Shown: piece by piece, positions 34,943 through 44,930 of the stretch
Layout: every line of letters begins with the position of its first letter
Position numbering within the stretch: position 1 is the first letter of the stretch
Assembly: GCA_963796685.1 (NCBI GenBank)
Contig: CAWCMR010000015.1
Coordinates: forward strand, 192,001-256,000
DNA length: 64,000 bases
Origin: an uncultured delta proteobacterium
GTDB lineage: Bacteria; Myxococcota_A; Polyangia; Fen-1088
Direction of reading: 5' to 3'
Program-made: the position numbers and the translations under genes
The notes under the pieces: generated by a model
Told to the model about the DNA's origin: nothing
What the model saw: the letters and a program-made list of their open reading frames with translations, nothing else
Database searches by the model: none

Positions 34943-35959
34943 TCACGGCCGGCGCTTGGGGATGCGGGCGAGGTGGAGGCCGAACCAGCGTCGCTCGTCG
35001 TGCCAGGTTCGCTCCAGGCGAAAGCCGGTGTCGCCGAGCAAGCGAGCGATCATCGCGTGCGTAAACTTGTAGCTCGACTCGGTGTGAATGCGCTGGCCTG
35101 GCGCGAAGTGAATCTCGGCGCCCACAGTCCCGAGCCACACGCTTTGCTCGCCCACACTGGCCAGATGAAGCTCGATGCGGGAGGCGGCGCGATTCCAGCG
35201 CGCCACGTGCTCGAAACGATCGATATCGAACCTGGCGCCCACGTCGCGGTTGATGCGCACGAGCACGTTCTTGTTGAACCGGGCCGTCACCCCCTGGGCA
35301 TCGTCGTAGGCAGGCACCAAGATCGACCCTGCCTTGCGCAGATCCGTTCCGATGAGCAACGCGTCGCCCGGCAGCAGATGACGTCGGACCGCCCGCAACA
35401 GCTTGCGCGCCGACAGGGGATCATAGTTTCCGATGTTCGACCCCAGAAATAGCAACAATCGCTGTCCAGACGGCGCAGCAAGAAAGCCCAGCTCCTCGGG
35501 ATAGCGGGCCACTACCGGCCGCACGGTCAGCCGCCGGAACTGTTTCAGCTTGGATTGTGCCAGGGACAGCGCCGCAGCCGACACGTCGACCGGCGTATAG
35601 ACAACGCGTGCCTGGCGGTCGAGCAGTGCCGACAGCACCAGCTGTGTTTTCGAAGCAGTGCCCGCGCCCAGCTCGATCACATGCGGAGGCATCCCGGCTG
35701 CCTCGATGATCTCGTCGACATGGCTGGCTAGAATCCCGCGCTCGGTCCGCGTCAGGTAGTACTCGGGAAGCTCGGTGATGTCCTCGAACAGCGCCGAGCC
35801 CTGCGCATCGTAGAGCAGCCAGGGCGGAAGGCGCATGCGAGGCCGCAGCAAGCCCTCGCGCACGGCATCGGCCACGGCGCGTACGGAAGCGGCATCGACC
35901 GAACGAAACGCCGAGGCGGGACGTTGACTGCTCCAGACCTCGGCGCTGGCGATGGTCAC
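34943..35959 (-). CDS. egtD: L-histidine N-alpha-trimethyltransferase
   Basis: LYDAQGSALF-x-x-IT-x-LPEYY-x-TRTE, ELGAG, FLGSNIGN, AYDDAQGVTA-x-FN, IHTESSYKF. Confidence 0.95.
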   Translation of the reverse strand: MTIASAEVWSSQRPASAFRSVDAASVRAVADAVREGLLRPRMRLPPWLLYDAQGSALFEDITELPEYYLTRTERGILASHVDEIIEAAGMPPHVIELGAGTASKTQLVLSALLDRQARVVYTPVDVSAAALSLAQSKLKQFRRLTVRPVVARYPEELGFLAAPSGQRLLLFLGSNIGNYDPLSARKLLRAVRRHLLPGDALLIGTDLRKAGSILVPAYDDAQGVTARFNKNVLVRINRDVGARFDIDRFEHVARWNRAASRIELHLASVGEQSVWLGTVGAEIHFAPGQRIHTESSYKFTHAMIARLLGDTGFRLERTWHDERRWFGLHLARIPKRRP

Positions 35960-37215
35960 GCGTCACGCGCCAGGCGAATCCCGCTGGCCTGCCAGCGAGC
36001 CGCTGGCGGAAAGAAGTTGCGATAGGTAGGCCGCACATGACCGGCCGGCGTAAAACACGATCCCCCTCGGAGCACCATTTGGTTGCACATGAATTTTCCG
36101 TTGTACTCGCCGATCGCGCCGGCGGGTGCCCGATAGCCGGGATAGGCAACGTAAGGGCTCTGCGTCCAGACCCACGTGTCCCCGAAAAAGCCGCTGCCTT
36201 GGGTGGCCGGGTGGTAACGCCCGCTGTCGGCGAAATTTCCGATCACAGGTTCCTTGGCTGCGACGTGCTCCCACTCCTCCTCGGTGGGAAGCCGAGCCTC
36301 CGCCCAGCGCGCGAACGCGTCCGCCTCGAAGTAGCTCACGTGGACAACCGGCTCGAGCGGATCGACGGGGCGCGGGCCGGCCATCGTGTAGATCGGCCAC
36401 TCTCGCTCCCCGTGGCTATCGCCCTGGCGCGACCGCCAATAGAGCGGAGCCCGCCACTGTTCCCGCTGGCACAGCTGCCAACCGTCGGAAAGCCAAAGCT
36501 CCGGACGCCGATACCCTCCGTCGCTCATGAAGCGGAGGTACTCCCCGCAGGTGACGAGCCGATCGGCCAGCGCGAAGGAGCGCAAGAACGCCTTGTGCCG
36601 TGGCCCTTCGTTGTCGAAAGCAAAGCCGGGTCCTTCGTGCCCGATCCAGACCACGCCGTCTTCAAAGGTCCGAAACGTCGCGGGCCGATGTTCCGCCTCG
36701 CCGTCCGGCCCGCGGACGTTGTCGCGGTCCGAAAGCGTGCGGTATGCCGGCTGAAGAGGATTGCTGCCGAGGGCGTGTTTGATGTCCGTCAGCAACAGCT
36801 CCTGGTGCTGCTGTTCGTGCTGAAGCCCGAGCTCAATCGTTGACAGGACGGTCGGCGAGGGGTTCCCCTCCTCGAGCAGGCGCATCAGCGCATCGTCCAC
36901 CTGGCGGCGGTAGGCACGAACCTCCGCCAGCGACGGTCGCGACAACGTCCCGCGGCGCGCGCGCTCGAACCTTTCGCCGACGGCGTCGTAGTAAGAATTG
37001 AAGAGCATCCGGTAGCGCGGATCGGGCGAGCGGTATCCGGGGGCCGCGTCCGCGGACAGCACGAAGGTCTCGAAGAACCAACTCGTGTGCGCCAGGTGCC
37101 ACTTGGTCGGGCTGGCGTCCGGCATCGACTGAACTAGCTGATCTTCGGCCGAAAGTGGATCGGCCAGGGCCTCGGTCTGCGCGCGAACGGCACGGTATTG
37201 GTCGAGCAATCGCAT
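35956..37215 (-). CDS. egtB: Ergothioneine sulfoxide synthase
   Basis: QSMPDASPTKWHLAHT, FNSYY, HEQQHQEL iron ligands, FGE domain, GEYNGKFM, YRNFF. Confidence 0.95.
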   Translation of the reverse strand: MRLLDQYRAVRAQTEALADPLSAEDQLVQSMPDASPTKWHLAHTSWFFETFVLSADAAPGYRSPDPRYRMLFNSYYDAVGERFERARRGTLSRPSLAEVRAYRRQVDDALMRLLEEGNPSPTVLSTIELGLQHEQQHQELLLTDIKHALGSNPLQPAYRTLSDRDNVRGPDGEAEHRPATFRTFEDGVVWIGHEGPGFAFDNEGPRHKAFLRSFALADRLVTCGEYLRFMSDGGYRRPELWLSDGWQLCQREQWRAPLYWRSRQGDSHGEREWPIYTMAGPRPVDPLEPVVHVSYFEADAFARWAEARLPTEEEWEHVAAKEPVIGNFADSGRYHPATQGSGFFGDTWVWTQSPYVAYPGYRAPAGAIGEYNGKFMCNQMVLRGGSCFTPAGHVRPTYRNFFPPAARWQASGIRLARDA

Positions 37216-37327
37216 GAAGAAAGGGAAGGTCGAAGCGGAACGTTCAGATCGTACGAGCTGAAGATAGCGCGGAATTCCGCCGATGCCGGAGATTGCGACG
37301 CGCGGCTATTGCGTTGCAAAATGATGG

Positions 37328-38914
37328 TCAATCGGCCCGCCTGGCCCCGAACCGTCGGCCCGACCGTAACGGCGCCGGAACAAGGACCCGTTCGACCAGA
37401 TCGAACGCACCCTGGACGGCCAGCGCGAGGAGGGAGGCCGGGACCGCGCCTTGCAGGATCAAGGGGAAGTCGTCCAGTCGAATGCCGGTGAAGATGGGCT
37501 GCCCGAAGCCCCCGGCGCCCACCAGCGCCCCCAGGGTCGCGGTTCCGACGTTGATGACGGCGGCGCTCTTGATCCCGGCCAGGATCGTGCCCTGCGCAAG
37601 CGGCAGCTCCACCCGCCAAAGGATTGCCCAGCGTGACAGGCCCAACGCCGCCGCCGAATCGCGTACCGCGGGCGCGATGCCCACCAGGCCAGCGTGGGTG
37701 TTCCGGACGATGGGCAACAAGCTGTAGAGAAACAGCGCCGTCATCGCCGGCAGGGCGCCTATCCCCAAGAGCGGTATCATAAACACCAGCAGGGCCAGCG
37801 ACGGGATTGTTTGCACCACACCGACGGCCGCGAGCACCAGCTTGCCCAGTCCCGGGCGGCGCGCCGCCAGAATCCCCAGTGGCAGCGCCACCAGGATCGC
37901 CGCCAGCAGCGAGAGGCTCACCAGCACCAGATGCTCGCGTGTCCGCTCCGGCACCGCGCTCGTCCAGCTCTCTCGTTGCGCGCGGGGCGCGCGGCCGCCC
38001 AGTTGCGCGACGAAGTCCGCCGCCACCTGGCGCTCGGGCAGGTGATCCAGTTTGGCGCGTGCGTTCATGGCGCACATGGCGGCGATGTCGATCTTGCCTT
38101 CGAGCGTTCGCAGCGCCGCCAACGCCGCGGGCCATTGCTCTTCGGCGTCCAGCCGGTAAAGCAGGATCGCCTCGTACTTGGGGAAGAAGCCGAGGTCGTC
38201 GCGAAGCACGCTCAGATCGTCGCGGCGGATCTCGGCGTCGGTCGCATAGAGATCCGTCACGTCGATGTGATCCTCCGCGAGGCCGCGGTAGGCGAGGTCG
38301 TGGTCCAGTCCTCGAACGTCCTTGGCGGCTAGTCCATAGCGGGCCACGAGCCCCGGCCAACCATCGCGCCGGCTCAGGAATTCGTCGCTGAATCCGAAGC
38401 GAAGCTCGGGGTGTCGCCGCAGGTCGGAGATAGTCTGAATGCCCGCGGCGGCGGCTCGCGCGCGTCGCATCCCAAGCGCATAAGTGTTGTCGAACCCGAA
38501 CGAATTGCTCATCCCGACGCCGTGTGGTCGGAGCGCCGCGCGCAGAGACGCGACGTCCGCGGCGCCCTGTCCGTGCAGGATCTCTTGCAGCACCGTCCCG
38601 GTGTAGTCGGGATAGGCGTCGATGCGGCCCGACACGAGAGCGTCCCAGCACAGCCGCGTGCCCCCGAGCGCCGCTCGATGCTCAGTCGCGACCCCGGCGG
38701 CGGATACCGTCAACGCCACCACCTCGCCCAGGATCACCGACTCGGTGAATGCCTTCGATGCGATTCGGAACGCTGGCCCGGGCGTAGGCTGGGCCGGGAC
38801 GGGCGAGGGCACGAGTGTAGCGTCCGCAGCACGCGCCATGGCCGCTTCGGCAGGCTCCCCTGCCATCAATTTCACGACGACGACAACGCTCAGCTGCCGC
38901 GAGGAGAGCTTCAT
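37328..38914 (-). CDS. OpuC/EgtU-like ABC importer, substrate-binding domain fused N-terminal to the permease
   Basis: SKAFTES, GGT, YPDYTGT, FDNTY, YATD, FFPKY; permease QTIPSLALL, PIVRNT, GAGGFG. Confidence 0.9.
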   Translation of the reverse strand: MKLSSRQLSVVVVVKLMAGEPAEAAMARAADATLVPSPVPAQPTPGPAFRIASKAFTESVILGEVVALTVSAAGVATEHRAALGGTRLCWDALVSGRIDAYPDYTGTVLQEILHGQGAADVASLRAALRPHGVGMSNSFGFDNTYALGMRRARAAAAGIQTISDLRRHPELRFGFSDEFLSRRDGWPGLVARYGLAAKDVRGLDHDLAYRGLAEDHIDVTDLYATDAEIRRDDLSVLRDDLGFFPKYEAILLYRLDAEEQWPAALAALRTLEGKIDIAAMCAMNARAKLDHLPERQVAADFVAQLGGRAPRAQRESWTSAVPERTREHLVLVSLSLLAAILVALPLGILAARRPGLGKLVLAAVGVVQTIPSLALLVFMIPLLGIGALPAMTALFLYSLLPIVRNTHAGLVGIAPAVRDSAAALGLSRWAILWRVELPLAQGTILAGIKSAAVINVGTATLGALVGAGGFGQPIFTGIRLDDFPLILQGAVPASLLALAVQGAFDLVERVLVPAPLRSGRRFGARRAD

Positions 38915-39699
38915 TTCGACTGCGGCTCCTGCGCGTGACCGAACGCCAGCAGCGGCTGCGCCGCCACAAACTTCGTGATGAAAGGATCGGTGGGCGAGCG
39001 TACGAGGTCTTCCACGCGTCCCTGTTGCAACACGCGTCCATGCTGCATCAACGCCACTTGGCCCTGATCCCGCGCGAAGAACGCCGCCTCGGAGAGGTCA
39101 TGCGTGACCAGCACCACCGCCTTCGCCGTCTGCTGGAAAACCCGCACCAGATCCTGCTGCAACTCCGCCCGCACCAAGGGATCGATCGACCCCAGGGGCT
39201 CATCGAAGAGCAGCAGGTCGGGGTCCAGCATCAGCGCGCGCATCAAGCTCACGCGCTGCCGCTGACCTCCCGAGAGCTGAAACGGATAACGGGTGAGGGC
39301 GTCGAGAGGAAAACGGGTCAGCGCGGCCAGCTCGGCCTGGCGTTGCTCGATGCGCGCACGCGGCCAGCGCAGGTGCCGGGCCATCAAGCCGACGTTTTGC
39401 TCGACCGTGAGGTGCGGGAATAGCCCGCCCTCTTGCACCACGTAGCCCATCGACCGACGCGCGTGCTGCACGTTGGCCGGGGACAGCGCTTCGCCGCGAA
39501 AGCGGATCTGGCCGGCGTCCGGCCACAGCAGCCCCAGCGCCATCCGCAGCACAGTGGTCTTGCCGCACCCGCTGGGGCCGATCAGCACGAGAGTGTCGCC
39601 AGGGGCCACCGACAGATCGAGCGGCGCGACTGCCAAGACCGCCTCGAAGGTCTTCGAGGCGCCCACGAATTGGAGGAGGGGCGCAACGTTGGTGATCAT
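38911..39699 (-). CDS. ABC importer ATP-binding subunit (OpuA/EgtV-like)
   Basis: GPSGCGKT, LSGGQRQR, LLFDEP, VTHD. Confidence 0.92.
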   Translation of the reverse strand: MITNVAPLLQFVGASKTFEAVLAVAPLDLSVAPGDTLVLIGPSGCGKTTVLRMALGLLWPDAGQIRFRGEALSPANVQHARRSMGYVVQEGGLFPHLTVEQNVGLMARHLRWPRARIEQRQAELAALTRFPLDALTRYPFQLSGGQRQRVSLMRALMLDPDLLLFDEPLGSIDPLVRAELQQDLVRVFQQTAKAVVLVTHDLSEAAFFARDQGQVALMQHGRVLQQGRVEDLVRSPTDPFITKFVAAQPLLAFGHAQEPQSK

Positions 39700-39973
39700 T
39701 CGCGCAGGGGGCCAGGTTGCCCCGACTGCCAGCAAGATACGATGGCGGGATCGCCTGCGAAGTTTCACCTAGAACCACCTCGCCCCGCGCAGCGGGCGAG
39801 GGCGCGGCGAAGCCGCGGGGGTTGGGGTTGGGTGGGGTGGACCCGAAGCGCCCCGGGCGGAGAGGTCGCCGAGCGCAGCGCTGCTGCGAAAGTTGCCTCG
39901 CGCGGAGGCAAATGGCGGGCATACTTTCTCCGTTGGCAATCGATGACCGGCACCTCAACCTGGAGATCCGCTC

Positions 39974-40258
39974 ATGAAGAAATCAGACCCGTCCTGTCCC
40001 CATCTCGAAGCCATCAACCCGCACACGCGTCCGAAGTCTCGCGGTTGCGCCGAATGCCTGGCGATGGGGGACGCGTGGGTACACCTGCGCCTGTGCATGC
40101 AGTGCGGGAACGTGGGCTGCTGCGACGACTCGAAGAACCGGCACGCCACCAAGCACTTCCACGCCACCAACCACCCGATCATGCGCTCCCTGGAACCCGG
40201 CGAGACCTGGGGCTGGTGCTTCGTCGACAACCTCGGCTTCGACCCGTTGCTCGAATAG
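39974..40258 (+). CDS. UBP-type zinc finger protein
   Basis: CPH...CAEC...WVHLRLCMQCGNVGCCDDS-x-NRHATKH...WGWCFVD. Confidence 0.92.
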   Translation: MKKSDPSCPHLEAINPHTRPKSRGCAECLAMGDAWVHLRLCMQCGNVGCCDDSKNRHATKHFHATNHPIMRSLEPGETWGWCFVDNLGFDPLLE

Positions 40259-40303
40259 CGTCCGAATAGCCGCGCAAACGAGGCGCCGGCAACGCTCCCG
40301 CGC

Positions 40304-41965
40304 TCACAGATCCTGCAGTGCCTTGAACACCATCTGGATCGAGATCGATCCCTCGCCGACGGCCGAGGCGACGCGCTTGACGTTCCCTGAGCGCGCGTCG
40401 CCCACGGCGAACACCCCGGGGATAGTCGTCTCGAGCAAGTAAGGTGCGCGCGCAAGCGGCCAGTGACCGTCCGTCAGATCGTCCGCGTTCAAGTCGCCCC
40501 CTGTCTTGATGAAGCCATGATCGTCGAGGCGCACGCAGCCCTTCAGCCAATCGGTGTGCGGATCGGCGCCGGTCATCATGAAGACGTGCCGGAGGGGCAG
40601 CGTGTCCGTCTTTCCGCTGGTGATCTCGCGGCAACGGACCCTATCCAGCCAGTCCGTCCCCTCCAGCGCATCGATCTGGGTGTGCGTCTTCAGCACCACG
40701 TTCGGGCTGTCGGTGATGCGCTGGATCAGGTAGCGCGACATACTGCTCGCCAGGCCCTCGCCCCGCACCAGGATCTGCACGCGCGAGGCGGTCTGCGACA
40801 GGAACACCGCGGCCTGACCGGCCGAGTTTCCCCCTCCCACGATGGCCACTTCCTCGCTCTCGCACAGCTGCGCCTCCAGATGGGTGGCGCTGTAAAACAC
40901 GCCGTTGCCCTCGAAGCGGGACAACTCTGGTAGGTCAGGCTTGCGATAGCGAGCCCCCGTGGCGATGATCAAGGCGCGCGTCAGCACCACCTCTCCATTC
41001 TCGAGGATGACCTTGTAAGGGCGGCTGTCGCAGTCCAGGCGCACCGCCCGTCGCGCGATAGCCACCTCGGCGCCGAACTTTTCGGCCTGGGTCAAGGCGC
41101 GGCCGGCCAGCGCTTGTCCGGAGATCCCGGTGGGAAATCCCAGGTAATTCTCGATGCGCGAGCTGGTGCCAGCCTGCCCGCCCGGGGCCGTGCCTTCAAG
41201 GACCAGCACGTCCAGTCCCTCCGAGGCCGCGTACACGGCGGCGGCCAGCCCGGCCGGGCCCGCCCCCACCACCACCACGTCTCGCACCATCTTCGCATCG
41301 AGCTTCAGGTTGAGGCCTAGCTCTGCCGCCAGAGATTCGACCGACGGATTCTTGTGCACGCGCCCCCCCGAGCACACCACCACCGGCACCTCGGCCACCC
41401 CGATCTGAAAGCGATCCAGCAGCGATTGCACGCCGGGGTCGGACTCGACGTCCTGATAGGTGAACGGCTGATTGTTGCGCACCAGAAATTCGCGCAGCTT
41501 GAGCGTAGCGGCCGAGTGGCGCGATCCGAGCAGGACCAGCCCTCCGCCTCCCTGCGCGATCAGGGCGACCCGACGCAGGATGAACGCACGCATCAGGATC
41601 TCGCTTAGCTCCGAGTCCCGTTGCACCAGCGCGCGCAGATGTTCCCGATCGACGACGACCACCTCGCCGTCCTCGACCACGCGGCCTTGCACCAGGCTGC
41701 GTCGGCCCGACAGCATGTTGATTTCTCCGGTGAACTGCCCCGGCCCATGCAGAACGACCTGTTCGTAGCTTTCGCCCAGCGGGCGCAGGATCTCGACGGC
41801 CCCGCTGACCACCACGTAGAAACACGTCTCGCGATCCCCAATCTCGAACAGGATCTCCCCCGCCTTGACGTTGCGTCGCTTCCCGATAGCGCAGACACGG
41901 GTGATCTGCGCCTGGCTCAACTCGGAAAACATCTGCTCGCGGCGGCTCTCGTATATATCAGCCAT
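40304..41965 (-). CDS. cNMP-binding domain plus thioredoxin-reductase-like FAD oxidoreductase
   Basis: GQFTGE cNMP domain; GAGPAG, IENYLGFP, GGGNSAGQAA, GD-x-RSG-x-VKRVASAVGEG. Confidence 0.9.
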   Translation of the reverse strand: MADIYESRREQMFSELSQAQITRVCAIGKRRNVKAGEILFEIGDRETCFYVVVSGAVEILRPLGESYEQVVLHGPGQFTGEINMLSGRRSLVQGRVVEDGEVVVVDREHLRALVQRDSELSEILMRAFILRRVALIAQGGGGLVLLGSRHSAATLKLREFLVRNNQPFTYQDVESDPGVQSLLDRFQIGVAEVPVVVCSGGRVHKNPSVESLAAELGLNLKLDAKMVRDVVVVGAGPAGLAAAVYAASEGLDVLVLEGTAPGGQAGTSSRIENYLGFPTGISGQALAGRALTQAEKFGAEVAIARRAVRLDCDSRPYKVILENGEVVLTRALIIATGARYRKPDLPELSRFEGNGVFYSATHLEAQLCESEEVAIVGGGNSAGQAAVFLSQTASRVQILVRGEGLASSMSRYLIQRITDSPNVVLKTHTQIDALEGTDWLDRVRCREITSGKTDTLPLRHVFMMTGADPHTDWLKGCVRLDDHGFIKTGGDLNADDLTDGHWPLARAPYLLETTIPGVFAVGDARSGNVKRVASAVGEGSISIQMVFKALQDL

Positions 41966-42124
41966 TTGACTTTGTCCTAGGATGCCGGAGGACGGTGATC
42001 GGGAACGACCTTTGGTCCCGACCACTATTCGGCCCGGCCCCCAAAGGCTGGCTCAGGCATCTACTCCAACTCGGTCCCGACGCGTAGGTGGTCGAGGTAT
42101 TTGCCGTCCCTTCCGTAACCGACT

Positions 42125-42553
42125 CTAGGGCTTGAGGCGGGCGAGAAAGGTGCTCTCGTTGCTGCCGCTCTTCGTGTACGAGACCGGGGCGGCGTCGAGC
42201 GGACCGAACGTGGTGAGGTCGGAGAAGCCGCCGGTGAAGACGACGGAGCCGTCAGCGAGGACGGAGAGGCCGAGCACGTCGATCCAACCCGTGGCCACGA
42301 CCCGTGCAAGCCGTGCGCTGCCATCCGGGCGATGCCATGAGAGGACCAGATTCATGTCTTGGGTGAGCCTGGTCAACGAGAGCGAGCCGCAGGTGTCCGC
42401 GTCGAAGACCGCCGGATCGGTCTTCCGGAAGGTCGATGCCATCACGAACCCGCCGTCGGCAAGGGGCGCGAGCCCGCGCAGCTCTGGGTAAAGGCCGTGT
42501 GCGCAGACATTCCGTACAAATGTCCACGCAACGGCGTCAGCGCTGAAATGCAT
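42125..42553 (-). pseudogene. Probable C-terminal fragment of a beta-propeller protein
   Basis: Repeated LADG-x-x-V-x-x-G-x-F...FLARL; no signal peptide. Confidence 0.35.
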
Positions 42554-42597
42554 CGATTTCCTGAGCCACCATGCAGTGGCGGCGCCACCTTTTGGTC

Positions 42598-44451
42598 ATG
42601 AAGTCCCTCAGGCTGTCTGCGTTGGCAGTATCCCTGTGCGGCGCAAGTGTCGTTGCCTGCAGCAGTTCCAGCTCCACCACCGGGATCCACCCCGATGCGG
42701 CCGGGTCTCAATCCGACGCCACCACAGAAAGCTCGGGCGGGGGAGTGAAGGCAAGCGGTGGAACGGGTGGCGGAACGGGCGGAAGTGTTGCGACCGGCGG
42801 TACCAACAGCGGTGCCGGGGGAGGCGCCGGGGGAAGTGCAGCCCTGACAGGCGGCACCGGCGGGGCCAACAATCTGAACGGAGGGGCGAGCGGAACGGCT
42901 GCCATGGGCGGAACGACTGGCGGAACGACCGGCGGTATAGGTGGCAAGACGAGCGGCACAGGCGGCACGAGCGGCGCAACCACAGGGGGAACAACCGGTG
43001 GAACGGGAGGCAAGCCAGGCGCCACCGGTGGCGGTGCAGGAAGCTTGAGTGGCACAGGCGGGGCCAACAGCACCGGCGGTAGCACGGCAATCGGAGGGAC
43101 AGGCACCGGCGGTAGCACGCCAAGCACCGGCGGCAGCACCGGAACCTGTGGCGCTGGCGACTCGAACCTGCCCGCCGAACCGACCATCCCGCCACCTTGC
43201 ATCACCTTGCAGGCAACCCAGAGCGTCGCGGCGGGCGCGCTTCCCAGCGAAACCAGCCTCGACACATCGGCGATCCAGAATGCGCTCGATGGCTGTACCT
43301 CCGGACAGGCGGTGAAGCTGACAACGCGCGGCGCGAACAATGCTTTCATCACCGGTCCCTTGACCCTGCCCGCTGGTGTTACCTTGTGGGTGGACGCCGG
43401 GACGACCCTCTACGCGACACGCGACCCGAAGGTGTGGGGCTCGGCCTCGGAGCTCATCTCGGTCTCCGGCGCCAATTCGGGCATCGTTGGCGACGGCATC
43501 ATCAACGGCCAAGGCGGCGAGCCCAACATCGGCAGCACGCAGTCTTGGTGGGACCAGAACGCCGGCAGCAGCGGCAACAGTCCGGCGCTGATTGCCGTGC
43601 GGGGGGCGACGAAATTCACGCTCTACCGAATCACCCTGTACGACTCGCCCAAATTTCACGTGAAGATGGGCGCTGCCGGGTTCGTGGCGTGGGGTGTGAC
43701 CATCAAGGCTCCCTCCAAGGCCACCAACAGCGCGGGCACGGCGCTCAACTACAGCAACGCGCACAACACCGACGGTATCGATCCGGGCGAAGCGGCCAGC
43801 GACGGATTCATCGTGTGCAGCAAGATCAGCACGGGCGACGACCACATCGCCATCAAGGGCTCGAGCAGCACCGGCGTCAAGAACCTGGTCATCGCGCACA
43901 ACCGCTTCGGCGCCGGCCACGGCATGTCCATCGGCAGCGAATTCACCGGTGGCGTCTCGGACGTCAAGGTCTACGACCTGTCCATCGATGGACAGAACAT
44001 GGGCACGAGCGGTGGCAGCTCGAACGGCATCCGCATCAAGTCCGACTCGAGCCGAGGCGGCCTGGTGAACAACGTCTCCTACAGCGACATCTGCGTGCGC
44101 AACCTGTCGAACCCGATCTTACTCACGCCCAATTACTCCACCTCCACGGGCAGCTACATTCCGCAGTACACCAACATCAAGATCCAGAATTTCCACGGCC
44201 TCAGCGGCGGCTCGAATACGCCCAAGGTGACCCTGGACGGCTACGATGTCGCCCACCTCAACAGCGTCACGCTCGACAACGTGGTCATCGACGGGCTCTC
44301 CGCGTCCAATGTGACGGCCTCGTACACCGCCGTGACGCTGGGACCCGGCAACGTGAGCTTCACTCCGTCGGGCACCAGCGTGACCGTGACCGACAACAAG
44401 TCGGGGACGAGCACGCCGAATCCGTGCACGGACAAGTGGGTCACGTTCTGA
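42598..44451 (+). CDS. GH28 polygalacturonase lipoprotein with Gly/Thr-rich linker
   Basis: VVAC lipobox; NTDG, GDD, GHG, RIK catalytic motifs. Confidence 0.92.
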   Translation: MKSLRLSALAVSLCGASVVACSSSSSTTGIHPDAAGSQSDATTESSGGGVKASGGTGGGTGGSVATGGTNSGAGGGAGGSAALTGGTGGANNLNGGASGTAAMGGTTGGTTGGIGGKTSGTGGTSGATTGGTTGGTGGKPGATGGGAGSLSGTGGANSTGGSTAIGGTGTGGSTPSTGGSTGTCGAGDSNLPAEPTIPPPCITLQATQSVAAGALPSETSLDTSAIQNALDGCTSGQAVKLTTRGANNAFITGPLTLPAGVTLWVDAGTTLYATRDPKVWGSASELISVSGANSGIVGDGIINGQGGEPNIGSTQSWWDQNAGSSGNSPALIAVRGATKFTLYRITLYDSPKFHVKMGAAGFVAWGVTIKAPSKATNSAGTALNYSNAHNTDGIDPGEAASDGFIVCSKISTGDDHIAIKGSSSTGVKNLVIAHNRFGAGHGMSIGSEFTGGVSDVKVYDLSIDGQNMGTSGGSSNGIRIKSDSSRGGLVNNVSYSDICVRNLSNPILLTPNYSTSTGSYIPQYTNIKIQNFHGLSGGSNTPKVTLDGYDVAHLNSVTLDNVVIDGLSASNVTASYTAVTLGPGNVSFTPSGTSVTVTDNKSGTSTPNPCTDKWVTF

Positions 44452-44520
44452 CCATGTGCAGGATGATGTTCCTCTTGCTTGCAGATGGCCCTGTCGGGGG
44501 ACGATGCTAGCCTAGACGTC

Positions 44521-44916
44521 ATGGGTCATCTCTTGATCGCACTCTCCATCGCGGCAACAGCCGCGGTAACCCCGGGGCGCGTCCAGCTCTCCGGCCAGGT
44601 GCTGGCGGCCTCCGGCAAGGGGACCGTCCACGTGGCCCTGTGGCAGGCCGAGGGATTCCTCGAGCACCCCGTCCAGGAGGTGCGCCTCGGGCCTGGCAAA
44701 CCTCTTGATTTCCACTTCGACGTTACACCGGGGCGCTACGCCCTCAGTGCCTTCGAGGACTTGAACGGTAATGGCATCCTAGACATGGGCCTATTGGGTC
44801 CGAAGGAGCCGTCTGGCTTCTGGCGCCCCTTCCATGGCTGGCACAAGCCGCGCTTCGATGAGGTCGCCTCCCAATTTGGCCGAGAGACTCATGGCCTGGA
44901 GATTGTTCTCAAGTAG
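44521..44916 (+). CDS. DUF2141-like exported protein
   Basis: PGRYALSAFEDLNGNGILD...PKEP-x-GF...PRFD. Confidence 0.8.
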   Translation: MGHLLIALSIAATAAVTPGRVQLSGQVLAASGKGTVHVALWQAEGFLEHPVQEVRLGPGKPLDFHFDVTPGRYALSAFEDLNGNGILDMGLLGPKEPSGFWRPFHGWHKPRFDEVASQFGRETHGLEIVLK

Positions 44917-44930
44917 AGGTCCGTCGCGCT

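Noticed and set aside
35956-37215. Selenoneine SenA or ovothiol OvoA
   Set aside because: No senB/selD neighbours and no C-terminal methyltransferase; the egtD partner favours ergothioneine
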